Positions 17,797-27,768 of a stretch of DNA of 64,000 nucleotides are shown here, piece by piece. The stretch spans positions 282,297-346,296 of the forward strand of contig BPGL01000001.1 of the NCBI GenBank assembly GCA_026003015.1, in the 5' to 3' direction. Below the pieces are notes generated by a model, which saw nothing but the letters and a program-made list of their open reading frames with translations, was not told the origin of the DNA and ran no database searches. The DNA is from Actinomycetota bacterium (lineage in GTDB: Bacteria; Actinomycetota; UBA4738; HRBIN12). Numbering within the stretch: position 1 is the stretch's first letter; the number at the start of each line of letters is the position of its first letter. The translations under genes and the position numbers were made by a program.

Positions 17797-18758
17797 GCGC
17801 CGTGACGAGGAGCCGCGCGAGGGGCGCGGTGGCGAGCGCAGCTCGCCCGCCGCGGGGGCCGACGGCCTCGTCGGCCTCGGGGGGCGTGGCCCTCATCGGG
17901 CGACCGGCGACCGACGAGGGGGCCAAGGCCCTCAACCGTCGGCGAGCCCTGGCGCTCGTCGCGGGGATCGTGGGCGCCGGGGGGGCGGTCGGGGCCGCCC
18001 TCGGCGCGCTCCTCGGCCGCCCGGTCTTTGGTCTGCTCGTCGGGCTCGTCCTCGTGGGGGCCTGGACGGGTGTGGCGAGCGCGTTCGGAGATCGCCTCCT
18101 GCTGGCCGCCGCCGGGGCCCGGCCGGTGGTGTCCGCCGAGGCGCCCAGGCTCCACAACCTGCTCGACGGGCTCGCCGCGGCGGCCGGGATCCCGGTGCCC
18201 CGGGCCTTCGTCCTGCCCGAGGGGGCGCCGAACGCCTTCAGCGTCGGTCGCGGTCCCGAGCGCGCCGCGGTGGCGGTGACCGAGGGGCTCCTCACGCGCC
18301 TGAACCGCATCGAGCTCGAAGCGGTGCTCGCGCACGAGCTCGTCCACATCCGCGACGGCGACGTAGGCCCCGCCACGCTCGCCGCGGCGCTGGCGCTGCC
18401 GGCCCGCCCCGCCGCCGACCGGCGGTGGGGTCCCGCGCGGGGGCGCGCTCGAGCTCGGGCGGCGGGCTGGGTCCTCGCGCCGCTGCTCGCCGCCGTCGCG
18501 CTCGCGATCCGGCTCGCGGTGCCGGTCGAACGGGAGCTGCGGGCCGACGCCGCCGCCGCGCTGCTCGTCCGCTACCCGCCGGGGTTGTCGGCGGCGCTGC
18601 GGCGGGTCGCGGCCCCCGGGCCCGTGCTGGAACGGGCGAGCGCCGCGACGGCGCTGCTGTGGTTCGCGCCTCCCGAGCTCGGGACCGGGAGGCTCGCTCG
18701 GTGGCTGCGGGCCCATCCGCCGCTCGCCGAGCGCCTGCGGCTGCTGGCGGAGATGTGA
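17793..18758 (+). CDS. M48 family zinc metalloprotease (HtpX-like)
   Basis: Two TMs, PNAFSVGR, VAVTEGLL, AHELVHI (HExxH), RELRAD, HPPLAERL; start uncertain. Confidence 0.85.
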   Translation: MSAVTRSRARGAVASAARPPRGPTASSASGGVALIGRPATDEGAKALNRRRALALVAGIVGAGGAVGAALGALLGRPVFGLLVGLVLVGAWTGVASAFGDRLLLAAAGARPVVSAEAPRLHNLLDGLAAAAGIPVPRAFVLPEGAPNAFSVGRGPERAAVAVTEGLLTRLNRIELEAVLAHELVHIRDGDVGPATLAAALALPARPAADRRWGPARGRARARAAGWVLAPLLAAVALAIRLAVPVERELRADAAAALLVRYPPGLSAALRRVAAPGPVLERASAATALLWFAPPELGTGRLARWLRAHPPLAERLRLLAEM

Positions 18759-18785
18759 CGATCGCATCGAGACCGCCCGACGTGT

Positions 18786-18814
18786 TGGACATCGGCCCGC
18801 TCGCCACCTAGCCT
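18786..18814 (+). promoter_or_regulatory. Putative housekeeping-sigma promoter TGGACA-N17-TAGCCT
   Basis: -35 and -10 hexamers with 17-bp spacing upstream of ATG 18890. Confidence 0.5.
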
Positions 18815-18889
18815 CGGAGCGCCGCGGGCGCCCTCGTCGCACGGCGACCGACGCCCGCGCCGTCCGCGATCCAGGAGGTTCCTGAACCC

Positions 18890-19936
18890 ATGGCGATCAC
18901 CTCGCGGGGCAAGCGCGCCCTCGCCGGCCTCGGGATCCTCGCCCTTCTGGGGGTGGGGGCGTTCGCGTTCTCCGGACGGGCTCCCGAGCCGATCCGTCGC
19001 GCGGTGCAGGCGGTCACCGGCGACGAGCCCGAGCCGCCGACCTGTCCCCTCACCGGGGAGCCGACCTCCGACGGGCGAGCGGTGCCGGATCGACCGATGC
19101 TCGCGGTCAAGGTCGAGAACACCGACGCCGCCTATCCGCTGGCCGGCCTCGATCGCGCCGACCTCGTGTACGAGGAGATCGTGGAGGGCGGCATCACCCG
19201 GTTCGTCGCGCTGTTCCACTGCCGCGAGGCCGAGCGGATCGGCCCGGTCCGAAGCGCCCGCACCACCGACCCGAAGATCCTCGGACCCTTCCAGGATCGC
19301 CCGGTGCTCGCCTACTCGGGAGCCGCCCGCAAGGTCGTCAAGCAGCTCCAGGAGGCCCGCATCATCGAGCTCACCGAGGCCAGCGCCCCCAGCGCGTTCG
19401 AGCGCGACGCCGCGCGGGTGTCCCCGCACAACCTGTTCACCGCGACGGGGCGGCTGTGGGCGGCGGCCCGCAAGGCCGGCGCGCGCGGGACCCCGACGCC
19501 GGTGTTCGAGGTGAGCGAGGAGCCGCTCCGCGGCGCCCGCAAGGCCCGCGAGGTGCGGATCGTGTTCTCCCCGCTGTCGGAGACCGGCTGGGTCTGGCGT
19601 CGGGACGGCTGGACGCGCCTGCTCGAGGGCGCGCCGATGACGCTGGAGAACGGGCGGCCGATCGTCGCGGCCAACGTCGTCATCCAGATCGTGCGGGTCC
19701 GCCAGGACACGATCATCGACGCCTCGGGCGCCCCATCTCCCCTCGTCGAGATGACGGGGACCGGGCGGGCGTGGGTGCTTCGGGACGGGCGGGCGATCCG
19801 CGCGACCTGGGAGCGCGCGGACGAGGGCGATCCCACCGTGTTCCGTACGAAGGACGGCGAGCCGATCGCGTTGGCGCCGGGGGTCACCTGGGTGGAGCTC
19901 GTGCCGACGACCGGCGAGGTGACGCTCGGACGCTGA
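18890..19936 (+). CDS. DUF3048-like membrane-anchored protein
   Basis: N-terminal [48 protein letters not shown]. Confidence 0.85.
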   Translation: MAITSRGKRALAGLGILALLGVGAFAFSGRAPEPIRRAVQAVTGDEPEPPTCPLTGEPTSDGRAVPDRPMLAVKVENTDAAYPLAGLDRADLVYEEIVEGGITRFVALFHCREAERIGPVRSARTTDPKILGPFQDRPVLAYSGAARKVVKQLQEARIIELTEASAPSAFERDAARVSPHNLFTATGRLWAAARKAGARGTPTPVFEVSEEPLRGARKAREVRIVFSPLSETGWVWRRDGWTRLLEGAPMTLENGRPIVAANVVIQIVRVRQDTIIDASGAPSPLVEMTGTGRAWVLRDGRAIRATWERADEGDPTVFRTKDGEPIALAPGVTWVELVPTTGEVTLGR

Positions 19937-20054
19937 GCGCTCGCCGGGCGGCGGTCGTCAACGCGGCCGGGGCCGGCGGTACACTCGAGGCGACCGGAGT
20001 CGCGCGCCGGCCGGCGCGGCCCCGGCGATCGAGCGTGCGAGGAGGCGAGCAGCC

Positions 20055-20955
20055 GTGACACCTGCTGGACCCGCGGAACGCGAGACCGGCACCTTCACCG
20101 TGAAGGCCGGGCTGGCGGAGATGCTCAAGGGCGGCGTGATCATGGACGTGACGACCGCCGAGCAGGCGCGGATCGCCGAGGACGCCGGCGCCTGCGCCGT
20201 GATGGCGCTCGAGCGCGTTCCCGCCGACATCCGCCGCGAAGGCGGGGTCGCCAGGATGGCCGACGCGACGAAGATCGAGGAGATCAAGGCCGCCGTCTCG
20301 ATCCCCGTCATGGCCAAGGCCCGGATCGGCCACTTCGTCGAGGCGCAGATCCTGCAGGCCCTCGGCGTCGACTACATCGACGAGTCCGAGGTGCTCACGC
20401 CTGCCGACGAGGAGTTCCACATCGACAAGTGGGCCTTCACCGTCCCGTTCGTGTGCGGGGCCCGGAACCTGGGCGAGGCGCTGCGGCGGATCGCGGAGGG
20501 CGCGGCGATGATCCGCACGAAGGGCGAGGCGGGGACCGGCAACGTCGTCGAGGCCGTGCGGCACCAGCGCACGATGCTGCGCGAGATCGGGCGAGCTCAC
20601 CCAGCTGCGGCCGGAGGCGTTCGTGACGAAGGCCAAGGAGCTCGGCGCGCCCGTCGAGCTCGTGCGGCTCGTGGCCGAGCGCGGACGGCTGCCGGTGGTC
20701 AACTTCGCGGCCGGTGGGATCGCGACCCCCGCGGACGCCGCGCTCATGATGCAGCTCGGGGTCGACGGCGTGTTCGTGGGTTCGGGCATCTTCAAGTCGC
20801 AGGACCCCGCCACGATGGCGCGCGCGATCGTCGAGGCGACGACCCACTACCAGGACCCGGACGTGCTCGCGAAGCTCTCCCACGGGCTCGGCGAGCCGAT
20901 GCCGGGCGAGGAGATCGGAACGCTCGCGACGCGCCTGGCCGAGCGCGGCTGGTGA
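20055..20955 (+). CDS. pdxS: Pyridoxal 5'-phosphate synthase lyase subunit (frameshift near 20592)
   Basis: [30 protein letters not shown] in one frame; [34 protein letters not shown] in the next. Confidence 0.95.
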
Positions 20956-20971
20956 TCCGGAGGCGGCCCCG

Positions 20972-21538
20972 GTGAAGGCCGGCGTCCTTGCGCTGCAGGG
21001 GGACTTCCGCGAGCACGCGCGAGCGTTCGCGGACGCAGGGGCGACGCCCGTGGAGGTCCGCACGCCCGAGCACCTCGTGGACGTCGACTGCCTGGCGATC
21101 CCGGGAGGGGAGTCGACGACGATCAGCCGCCTCGCCCGCGCCTACGGGCTCGTCGAGCCGATCCGCGAGCGCGCGCGAGCGGGGATGCCGATCCTGGGGA
21201 CCTGCGCGGGGTTGATCACCCTGGCCGAGCGGGTGATCGGCGGCGAGCCGCTGTTCGGTCTGCTCGACGTCACGGTGCGGCGCAACGCCTACGGACGCCA
21301 GGTCGACTCGTTCGAGGTCGATCTCGACGTCGAGGGCATCGACCACCCGGTCCGGGGCGTGTTCATCCGCGCCCCCCGCGTCGAGGAGGTCGGGCAGGGG
21401 GTGCGTGTCCTGGCGAGCCACGAGGGCGCGCCGGTCGTGGTCGCGCAGGGCTCGGTGGTGGCAGCGGCGTTCCATCCCGAGCTCGTCGGGGAGACGGGGC
21501 TGCACCGCTACGTGCTCGGCCTCGTGGCGGGGAGGTGA
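20972..21538 (+). CDS. pdxT: PLP synthase glutaminase subunit
   Basis: [42 protein letters not shown]. Confidence 0.96.
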   Translation: MKAGVLALQGDFREHARAFADAGATPVEVRTPEHLVDVDCLAIPGGESTTISRLARAYGLVEPIRERARAGMPILGTCAGLITLAERVIGGEPLFGLLDVTVRRNAYGRQVDSFEVDLDVEGIDHPVRGVFIRAPRVEEVGQGVRVLASHEGAPVVVAQGSVVAAAFHPELVGETGLHRYVLGLVAGR

Positions 21539-21544
21539 GGCCGC

Positions 21545-22297
21545 GTGTCCGGGCACTCGAAGTGGGCGACGATCAAGCGGAAGAAGGCGGCCAACGACGC
21601 GAAGCGCTCGAACGTGTTCGCGAAGCTCCTGCGGGCGGTCGAGGTCGCGGCGCGCGAGGGCGGCAGCGGCGACCCGGCGGCCAACGCGACGCTCGCCTCC
21701 GCGATCGAGAAGGCGCGCTCGTTCAGCGTGCCGGTCGATGCGATCGAGCGCGCGGTTCGGCGTGGGACCGGTGAGGAGGCCGGGGCCGGGCGGTACGACG
21801 AGGTCATCTACGAGGGGTACGCACCCGGTGGGATCGCGCTGATCGTGCGGGCGCTCACGGACAACCGCAACCGCACGGCCCAGGAGGTTCGCCACGCCTT
21901 CACCCGCCACGGCGGGAACCTCGGGGAGAGCGGGTCGACCCTGTGGATGTTCCAGCGCAAGGGCGTGATCGCGATCGAGAAGGCGCTCGCGCCGCCGGAG
22001 GAGCGGGTCCTGGAGCTCGCCCTGGAAGCCGGCGCGGAGGACCTCCGCGACGCCGAGAGCACGTGGGAGATCGTGACGGCGCCCCAGGACCTCGCGCGGG
22101 TCGAGCGCGCGCTGCGCGCCGCGGGGCTCGCGATCGACAACGCGGAGCTCACGATGCTGCCGACGACGACGATCCCGGTGGACGGCGCGGAGGCCCGTCG
22201 CGTGCTCCAGCTGATCGAGGCGCTCGAGGAGCTCGACGACGTGCAGGCCGTCTACGCGAACTTCGACATCCCCGAAGACGTCATGACCTCCCTGTGA
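21545..22297 (+). CDS. yebC: YebC/PmpR family protein
   Basis: MSGHSKWATIK, YEGYAPGG, TDNRNRT, DDVQAVYANF. Confidence 0.96.
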   Translation: MSGHSKWATIKRKKAANDAKRSNVFAKLLRAVEVAAREGGSGDPAANATLASAIEKARSFSVPVDAIERAVRRGTGEEAGAGRYDEVIYEGYAPGGIALIVRALTDNRNRTAQEVRHAFTRHGGNLGESGSTLWMFQRKGVIAIEKALAPPEERVLELALEAGAEDLRDAESTWEIVTAPQDLARVERALRAAGLAIDNAELTMLPTTTIPVDGAEARRVLQLIEALEELDDVQAVYANFDIPEDVMTSL

Positions 22298-22344
22298 GGC
22301 CTCAGGCGTCGTTGCTCCGGCCCCGGGTCGGCCCTAGACTGCAG

Positions 22345-22358
22345 CGAACGGATGTTCG
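22345..22358. promoter_or_regulatory. LexA (SOS) box CGAAC-GGAT-GTTCG overlapping the ruvC start codon
   Basis: Perfect match to the Gram-positive/actinobacterial GAAC-N4-GTTC consensus, 4 nt downstream of the -10 TAGACT (22335-22340). Confidence 0.85.
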
Positions 22359-22864
22359 AGACGTGCGTCCTCGGCGTAGACCCCGGCGTGGCCCGGTTGG
22401 GGCTCGCGGTGCTCGCGCTCGGGCGGCACGGCCCGCAGCTCCGGTGGTCCGCGACCGTCCGGACCGCTCCCGGCATGCCCGAGGCCGAGCGGCTGCTCGT
22501 GCTCGCCTCGGCGGTCCGTCGCGCGATCGCCGAGCACGGGCCGGGGGCCGTCGCGCTCGAGCAGGTGGCCTGGAACCGCAACCGCGTGAGCGCCCTCGCG
22601 GTCGCTCGGGCGACGGGCGCCGTGATGGCGGCCGCCGCCGAGGCCGGCCTGCCGGTTCGCACCTACGGCCCCTCGGAGGTTAAGCGCGCGGTCGCCGGGG
22701 CGGGCGACGCGACGAAGCCGCAGGTGGCGCGCGCGCTCGTGCGCGTGCACGGGCTGCGGGGAGTCCCGGCCGAGCCCGACGCGGCCGACGCGGTGGCGGT
22801 CGCTCTGACGCACCTGGTCGGCGCGCCCCTGCGCGGGGCGGTGGCACGGGCGGCCGCGCGATGA
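22352..22864 (+). CDS. ruvC: Holliday junction resolvase RuvC
   Basis: LGVDPG, ALEQ, PSEVK.AV.G.G.A.K.QV, DAADA. Confidence 0.95.
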   Translation: MFETCVLGVDPGVARLGLAVLALGRHGPQLRWSATVRTAPGMPEAERLLVLASAVRRAIAEHGPGAVALEQVAWNRNRVSALAVARATGAVMAAAAEAGLPVRTYGPSEVKRAVAGAGDATKPQVARALVRVHGLRGVPAEPDAADAVAVALTHLVGAPLRGAVARAAAR

Positions 22865-23427
22865 TCGCGTTCCTCGAGGGGGAGGTGGTCGCGCGCGGGG
22901 CCGACCGGCTCGTGCTCGCGGTGGGCGGGGTCGGCTACGAGGTGATCGTGCCCACGAGGCTCGTGGCCGACCTTCCGGGCGCCGGGCGCCGGGCGCGGAT
23001 CCACACACGGATGGTCGTGCGCGAAGACGCCATGACCCTCTACGGCTTCGGCTCGGTCGAGGACCGGGCGTTGTTCGATCTCCTCACGGCGGTGAGCGGC
23101 GTCGGGCCGAAGGTCGCCCTCGCCTTCCTGTCGACCCTTCCCGCCGAGGGGCTCCGTCGCGCGATCCTCGACGGCGACGTCGCGGCCCTCGCCGCCACCC
23201 CCGGGGTCGGGCCGAAGCTCGCCCAGCGGGTGATCGTCGATCTGCGGGATCGTCTCGGCGGCGAGCCGGACCAAGCGCTCGACGGTCCGCTCGCCGACGT
23301 CCGCGAGGCGCTGCTCGCCCTCGGGCTCACGCCGCAGGAGGCGAGCCTGGCGCTCGCGGGGCTCGGCGATGCGGACCTCGGCGCGGAGGAGCTGCTCCGC
23401 GAGGCGCTGCAGCGCGTGGGGCGGTGA
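22861..23427 (+). CDS. ruvA: Holliday junction branch migration protein RuvA
   Basis: [36 protein letters not shown]. Confidence 0.96.
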   Translation: MIAFLEGEVVARGADRLVLAVGGVGYEVIVPTRLVADLPGAGRRARIHTRMVVREDAMTLYGFGSVEDRALFDLLTAVSGVGPKVALAFLSTLPAEGLRRAILDGDVAALAATPGVGPKLAQRVIVDLRDRLGGEPDQALDGPLADVREALLALGLTPQEASLALAGLGDADLGAEELLREALQRVGR

Positions 23428-24491
23428 CGGACGTGACCGAGGGCACGGGTCCCGTCGAGGAGCGCCTGATCGAGGCCGCCTCGTTGCCCGAGGACCTCGA
23501 GTTCGACGTCGCGCTGCGCCCACGGACGCTCGCGGAGTTCGTCGGCCAGGAGCGCATCAAGGAGCAGCTGGGGCTCCTGATCGACGGCGCGCGTCGGCGC
23601 GGCGAGCCGGTCGACCACGTGCTGTTCAGCGGGCCGCCCGGCCTCGGCAAGACGACCCTGGCCCAGATCGTCGCCCACGAGATGGCGGCGGGGTTCCAGC
23701 CGACGAGCGGGCCGGCCCTCGAGCGTCCGAGCGATCTCGCGGCGATCCTCACGAACCTCGGCGAGGGCGACGTGCTGTTCGTCGACGAGGTCCACCGCAT
23801 GCCGCGCGCGGTGGAGGAGGTGCTGTACCCGGCGCTGGAGGACTTCCGCCTCGACGTCGTGATCGGCAAGGGCCCGACGGCGCGGAGCATCCGTCTGGAG
23901 CTCCCGCGGTTCACGCTCGTGGCGGCGACGACCCGCCCGGGGCGGATCACGCTGCCGCTGCGAGAGCGCTTCGGGTTCTCCCCGCGCCTGGACTACTACG
24001 GGGTGGAGGACCTCGCCCGGATCGTGCGGCGCTCGGCCGGGATCCTCGGGGTGCGCCTCGACGAGGGCGCGGCGCGCGAGATCGCTCGGCGCGCCCGCGG
24101 CACCCCCCGGGTGGCGAACCGCCTGCTTCGTCGCGTGCGCGACTTCGCGGAGGTCCGGCGCGACGGAGCGATCGACGAGGAGGTCGCGCGGGCGGGCCTG
24201 GAGCTGTTCGAGGTCGACGCCGAGGGACTCGACCGCCTCGACCACGCCGTCCTGGAGGCCGTCGTCGAGCGGTTCGGCGGAGGGCCGGTCGGGCTGTCGA
24301 CGCTCGCGGCCGCGGTGGGGGAGGAGGCCGACACCGTCGAGGATCTCGTGGAGCCCTACCTGTTGCAGCTGGGGTTCCTCCAGCGGACCCCGCGCGGACG
24401 GGTCGCGACGGACCGCGCGTTCGGCCATCTCGGCGTCGAGCGACCGGGGACGCTCCCGCTACCGGGACCCGGGACGGGCGGCCGCGGGTAG
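23424..24491 (+). CDS. ruvB: Holliday junction helicase RuvB
   Basis: [42 protein letters not shown]. Confidence 0.98.
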   Translation: MTDVTEGTGPVEERLIEAASLPEDLEFDVALRPRTLAEFVGQERIKEQLGLLIDGARRRGEPVDHVLFSGPPGLGKTTLAQIVAHEMAAGFQPTSGPALERPSDLAAILTNLGEGDVLFVDEVHRMPRAVEEVLYPALEDFRLDVVIGKGPTARSIRLELPRFTLVAATTRPGRITLPLRERFGFSPRLDYYGVEDLARIVRRSAGILGVRLDEGAAREIARRARGTPRVANRLLRRVRDFAEVRRDGAIDEEVARAGLELFEVDAEGLDRLDHAVLEAVVERFGGGPVGLSTLAAAVGEEADTVEDLVEPYLLQLGFLQRTPRGRVATDRAFGHLGVERPGTLPLPGPGTGGRG

Positions 24492-24524
24492 ACTCCGGGG
24501 CTGTCGCCGACCTCGAGGGAGCCG

Positions 24525-24860
24525 ATGATCGAGATCCTCGCCCAAGACGCCGCCGGCGGATCCGGCGGGCCTCTGTCCTTCCTCATCCTGCTCGTCCCGC
24601 TCGCGCTGCTGTTCCTGCTCATGCGGGGGCAGCGCAAGCGCATGGCGGAGCAGCAGGCGATCCAGCGCTCGGTCGCCGCCGGCGACGAGGTCCTCACCAC
24701 CTCCGGCATCTTCGGCCGGGTGGTGGGCGTCGAGGACGACGACGACACGCTGTGGGTGGAGATCGCGCCGGGCACGAGGGTTCGCATGGTCCGCGGTGGG
24801 ATCGCACGGCGCCTGGCCGAGGAGAGCGAGGGGGAGGGGGAGGCGACGGGGTCGGCGTGA
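24525..24860 (+). CDS. yajC: Preprotein translocase subunit YajC
   Basis: Single TM then Q.KR, GDEVLTTSGIFG.V, VEIAPG; SD GAGGGAG. Confidence 0.92.
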   Translation: MIEILAQDAAGGSGGPLSFLILLVPLALLFLLMRGQRKRMAEQQAIQRSVAAGDEVLTTSGIFGRVVGVEDDDDTLWVEIAPGTRVRMVRGGIARRLAEESEGEGEATGSA

Positions 24861-25627
24861 GCACGACCGGCCCGGTGGACCCCGTGGTCGACGGCGCCGC
24901 CGAGCGCGCGCCGGTCGTCCCGCCCCCCCACCCGGCTCAGCCCCACGAGCCGGGCGAGGAGGGCGTCGCCTCCATCACGCTCGAGCAGGTCCAGGCCGAC
25001 GAGCGGCTATCCCTGTACATCGCGTCGGCCGACCGCGTGACCGAGGCGATGGGCTACACCGAGCACGGGTTCCGCCACGCGAACCTCGTCGCGAGGATCG
25101 CCTACCAGGTCCTCCGGCGTCTCGGCTACTCCGAGCGCGAGGCCACGCTCGGGTGCGTCGCCGGGTACCTGCACGACGTCGGCAACGCCCTGGCCCGCGA
25201 CGCCCACGGGCAGACCGGCGCGATCCTCGTCCACCAGGTGCTGCGCGACCGCGTGGAGGGCCGGGATCTCATGCCGATCCTGGCCGCGATCGCCAACCAC
25301 GAGGAGGCCGAGGGCACGGCCGTGTCGGCGATCTCGGCGGCCGTGATCCTGGCCGACAAGTCCGACGTCCACCGCAGTCGCGTTCGCCGCAGCGGTCGCG
25401 TGGAGCACGACATCCACGACCGCGTCAACTACGCGGTGCAGCAGTCGTTCCTGCGCGTGGACGGCGAGGCCCGCACCGTGAGCCTCGAGCTCACCATCGA
25501 CACGGAGATCAGCCAGGTGATGGAGTACTTCGAGATCTTCTTGGGCCGGATGCAGATGTGCCGCTTCGCCGCGGAGATGCTCGACAGCCGCTTCCGGCTC
25601 GTGATCAACGGTGCGGAGCTGGCGTGA
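24857..25627 (+). CDS. HD-domain metal-dependent phosphohydrolase
   Basis: TEHGFRHA, LHDVGN, AH, ANH, ILADKSD, DIHDRVNYAV; GTGA-coupled to yajC and to secD. Confidence 0.88.
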   Translation: MSTTGPVDPVVDGAAERAPVVPPPHPAQPHEPGEEGVASITLEQVQADERLSLYIASADRVTEAMGYTEHGFRHANLVARIAYQVLRRLGYSEREATLGCVAGYLHDVGNALARDAHGQTGAILVHQVLRDRVEGRDLMPILAAIANHEEAEGTAVSAISAAVILADKSDVHRSRVRRSGRVEHDIHDRVNYAVQQSFLRVDGEARTVSLELTIDTEISQVMEYFEIFLGRMQMCRFAAEMLDSRFRLVINGAELA

Positions 25628-27768
25628 GGAACGCGCGGGCTCTGTGGGCCTCGGTCGTGTTCGTCGCCGTGCTCACCGCCGGGGCGACCGCAGGCCTGGC
25701 GACCGAGCGGCTGCGTCCCCTCCTCGGGCTTGACCTGCAGGGCGGGGTGGCGGTGATCCTGTCGGCTCCCGGCGGCACGCCCCCCGACGTGATGGAGCGG
25801 ACCCTGGAGACGATCCGCAACCGTGTCGACGCCTTCGGCGTGGCCGAGCCCGACATCTTCCTGGCGGGCACGACGATCGAGGTGCAGATCCCGGGGTCTT
25901 CGCAGAGCACGGTGGAGCGCCGGGCGGCGCAGGAGGTCTGCCTCGTGGGACGGGATGCCGAGGGCGCCCTGGTCTCCTACGGCTGCGCGCCGGACGCGGC
26001 CACCGCTGAGCAGGCGCTCACCGCCCTGAGGATCCGGCCCCAGCCGGACGAGGTCTGCCTGGAAGCGGAGGGCCGGCGCCTGCAGTGCTACGGCAGCCGC
26101 GCCGAGGCGCGCTTCGCGCAGGCGGGTCTGAGCGTCGCCGCGACCTCGAGCCCGACCCCGAGCGCCGTCGCGAGCCCCGGTCCGACCGCCGGCCCGGCGC
26201 CCCTGGGCGGGTCGGCGTGCATCGTCGATCCCCTCGGGACCGAGCTGGCGTGCTTCGGGTCTCGCTCGGCGGCCGAGCAGGCGCTCGAGGCGGTCGAGGC
26301 GGTCGTGACGCGCCGATCCTGGTGTGTGGTCGACGCGGGCGCGCGGGCCGCCTCGCCGACCCCGACCGCTACCCCCACGAGCTCGCCCGACGCCTCGCCG
26401 AGCCCGGCGCCGGCGGGGCTCGCGCTCCTGGACCGCACCGGGGCGGTCGATCTGCCGTGTGGGCTCGCGAGCGAGCAGGAGGCGACACGGGCGCTGGGGC
26501 AGATCCAGGCCCGGCCCGTCACCGAGCGCTTCTGCGTCGTGAGCGGAGCCGGAGAGGACCTCGGGTGCTTCCTGGACCGGCTGTCGGCCGAGCGCCGGCA
26601 GCGCGAGACGGGCCAGCAACGGCTGATCGAGGTGATCGGGGAGACGGCTCGGTTGGAGGAGCGACCGGTCCTCGAGATCGTCGGGCGAGGTGATCCGCGC
26701 TGGGCGGGGCTCGCCGTCACGTGCCCGACCCCGGAGGAGCAGCGAGAGCCCCGCTGCTCGTTCGAGGCCCTCGCCGACCAGGAGGTCGTCTACCTCGCCG
26801 AGGATCAGACGAAGTACCGCCTGGGGCCCGTCACGATCAGCGGGGCCGACTTCCGGGAGGCCACCGCGACGTTGCAGCCGTCCGGCTCGACGGGGGTCGT
26901 GACCGAGTGGGTCGTGCGGTTCGTGCTCGACGGCGACGGCGCGCGGCGCTTCGCCGACGCCACAACCCGGGCGGTCGCCGAGCCTGCGCCGCGCAACCAG
27001 ATCGCGATCGTCGTCGACCGGGTCGTCATCTCCGCCCCGGTCGTGAACGAGCCGATCACCCAAGGGGAGGGTGTGATCACCGGCGGTTTCACGGAGCAGG
27101 AGGCCAAGGATCTCGCGACCCAGCTGAACGCCGGCGCGCTGCCGGTGGAGCTCACGCGCCAGTCGGTGCGAACCGTGAGCCCGACGCTCGGGGAGGAGTC
27201 GCTGCGCCAAGCGGTGGCCGCCGGGCTCGGAGGGCTGGCGCTGCTGTTCGTCTACCTGTTGCTGTACTACCGGATGCTCGGCGTCGTCGCGAGCCTGGGG
27301 ATGGCGATCTGGGCGGCCCTGGCGGTCGCGCTCGTCGCCCTGGCGGGCAGCTCGGTCGGTTACGCGCTGAGCCTGGCCGGCGTGGCCGGCCTGCTCATCT
27401 CCCTGGGGGTCACCGCCGACTCCTACATCGTCTTCTTCGAGCGGCTGAAGGACGAGATCCGGGCCGGCCGATCGCCGCGCGCCGCGGTGCAGCCGGCGTT
27501 CAAGCGGGCGTTCCGAACCCTGATCGCGGCCGACATCGTGACGTTGATCGCCGCGGGGGTCCTGTACCTCACCGCGGTGAGCTCGGTGCGGGGCTTCGCC
27601 CTGACGCTCGGGGTGGCCACCCTCCTGGACGTGTTCGTGATCTGGTTCTACAAGCGCCCCGTGGTGTTCTTGCTCGCCCGCAGCCGCAGGATCGTCGAGC
27701 TGCCCGGCATCGGGCTGCTGTCGTCCGTCGCGGCCGAGCGCCCGGGTCGGCGATCGGAGGTGTCGTGA
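25624..27768 (+). CDS. secD: Protein translocase subunit SecD with a large Cys-rich insertion
   Basis: LGLDLQGG, IRNRVDAFGVAEP, IAIVVD..VISAP, LNAGALP, VSPTLG, GVTADSYIVFFER.KDE, VRGFALTL. Confidence 0.96.
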   Translation: MRNARALWASVVFVAVLTAGATAGLATERLRPLLGLDLQGGVAVILSAPGGTPPDVMERTLETIRNRVDAFGVAEPDIFLAGTTIEVQIPGSSQSTVERRAAQEVCLVGRDAEGALVSYGCAPDAATAEQALTALRIRPQPDEVCLEAEGRRLQCYGSRAEARFAQAGLSVAATSSPTPSAVASPGPTAGPAPLGGSACIVDPLGTELACFGSRSAAEQALEAVEAVVTRRSWCVVDAGARAASPTPTATPTSSPDASPSPAPAGLALLDRTGAVDLPCGLASEQEATRALGQIQARPVTERFCVVSGAGEDLGCFLDRLSAERRQRETGQQRLIEVIGETARLEERPVLEIVGRGDPRWAGLAVTCPTPEEQREPRCSFEALADQEVVYLAEDQTKYRLGPVTISGADFREATATLQPSGSTGVVTEWVVRFVLDGDGARRFADATTRAVAEPAPRNQIAIVVDRVVISAPVVNEPITQGEGVITGGFTEQEAKDLATQLNAGALPVELTRQSVRTVSPTLGEESLRQAVAAGLGGLALLFVYLLLYYRMLGVVASLGMAIWAALAVALVALAGSSVGYALSLAGVAGLLISLGVTADSYIVFFERLKDEIRAGRSPRAAVQPAFKRAFRTLIAADIVTLIAAGVLYLTAVSSVRGFALTLGVATLLDVFVIWFYKRPVVFLLARSRRIVELPGIGLLSSVAAERPGRRSEVS
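25930..26610 (+). repeat. Five protein-level repeats with paired Cys inside SecD
   Basis: Cys pairs at codons 25939/25984, 26056/26086, 26218/26251, 26323/26458 and 26533/26566, each followed by an A-x-x-A type helix. Confidence 0.8.
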
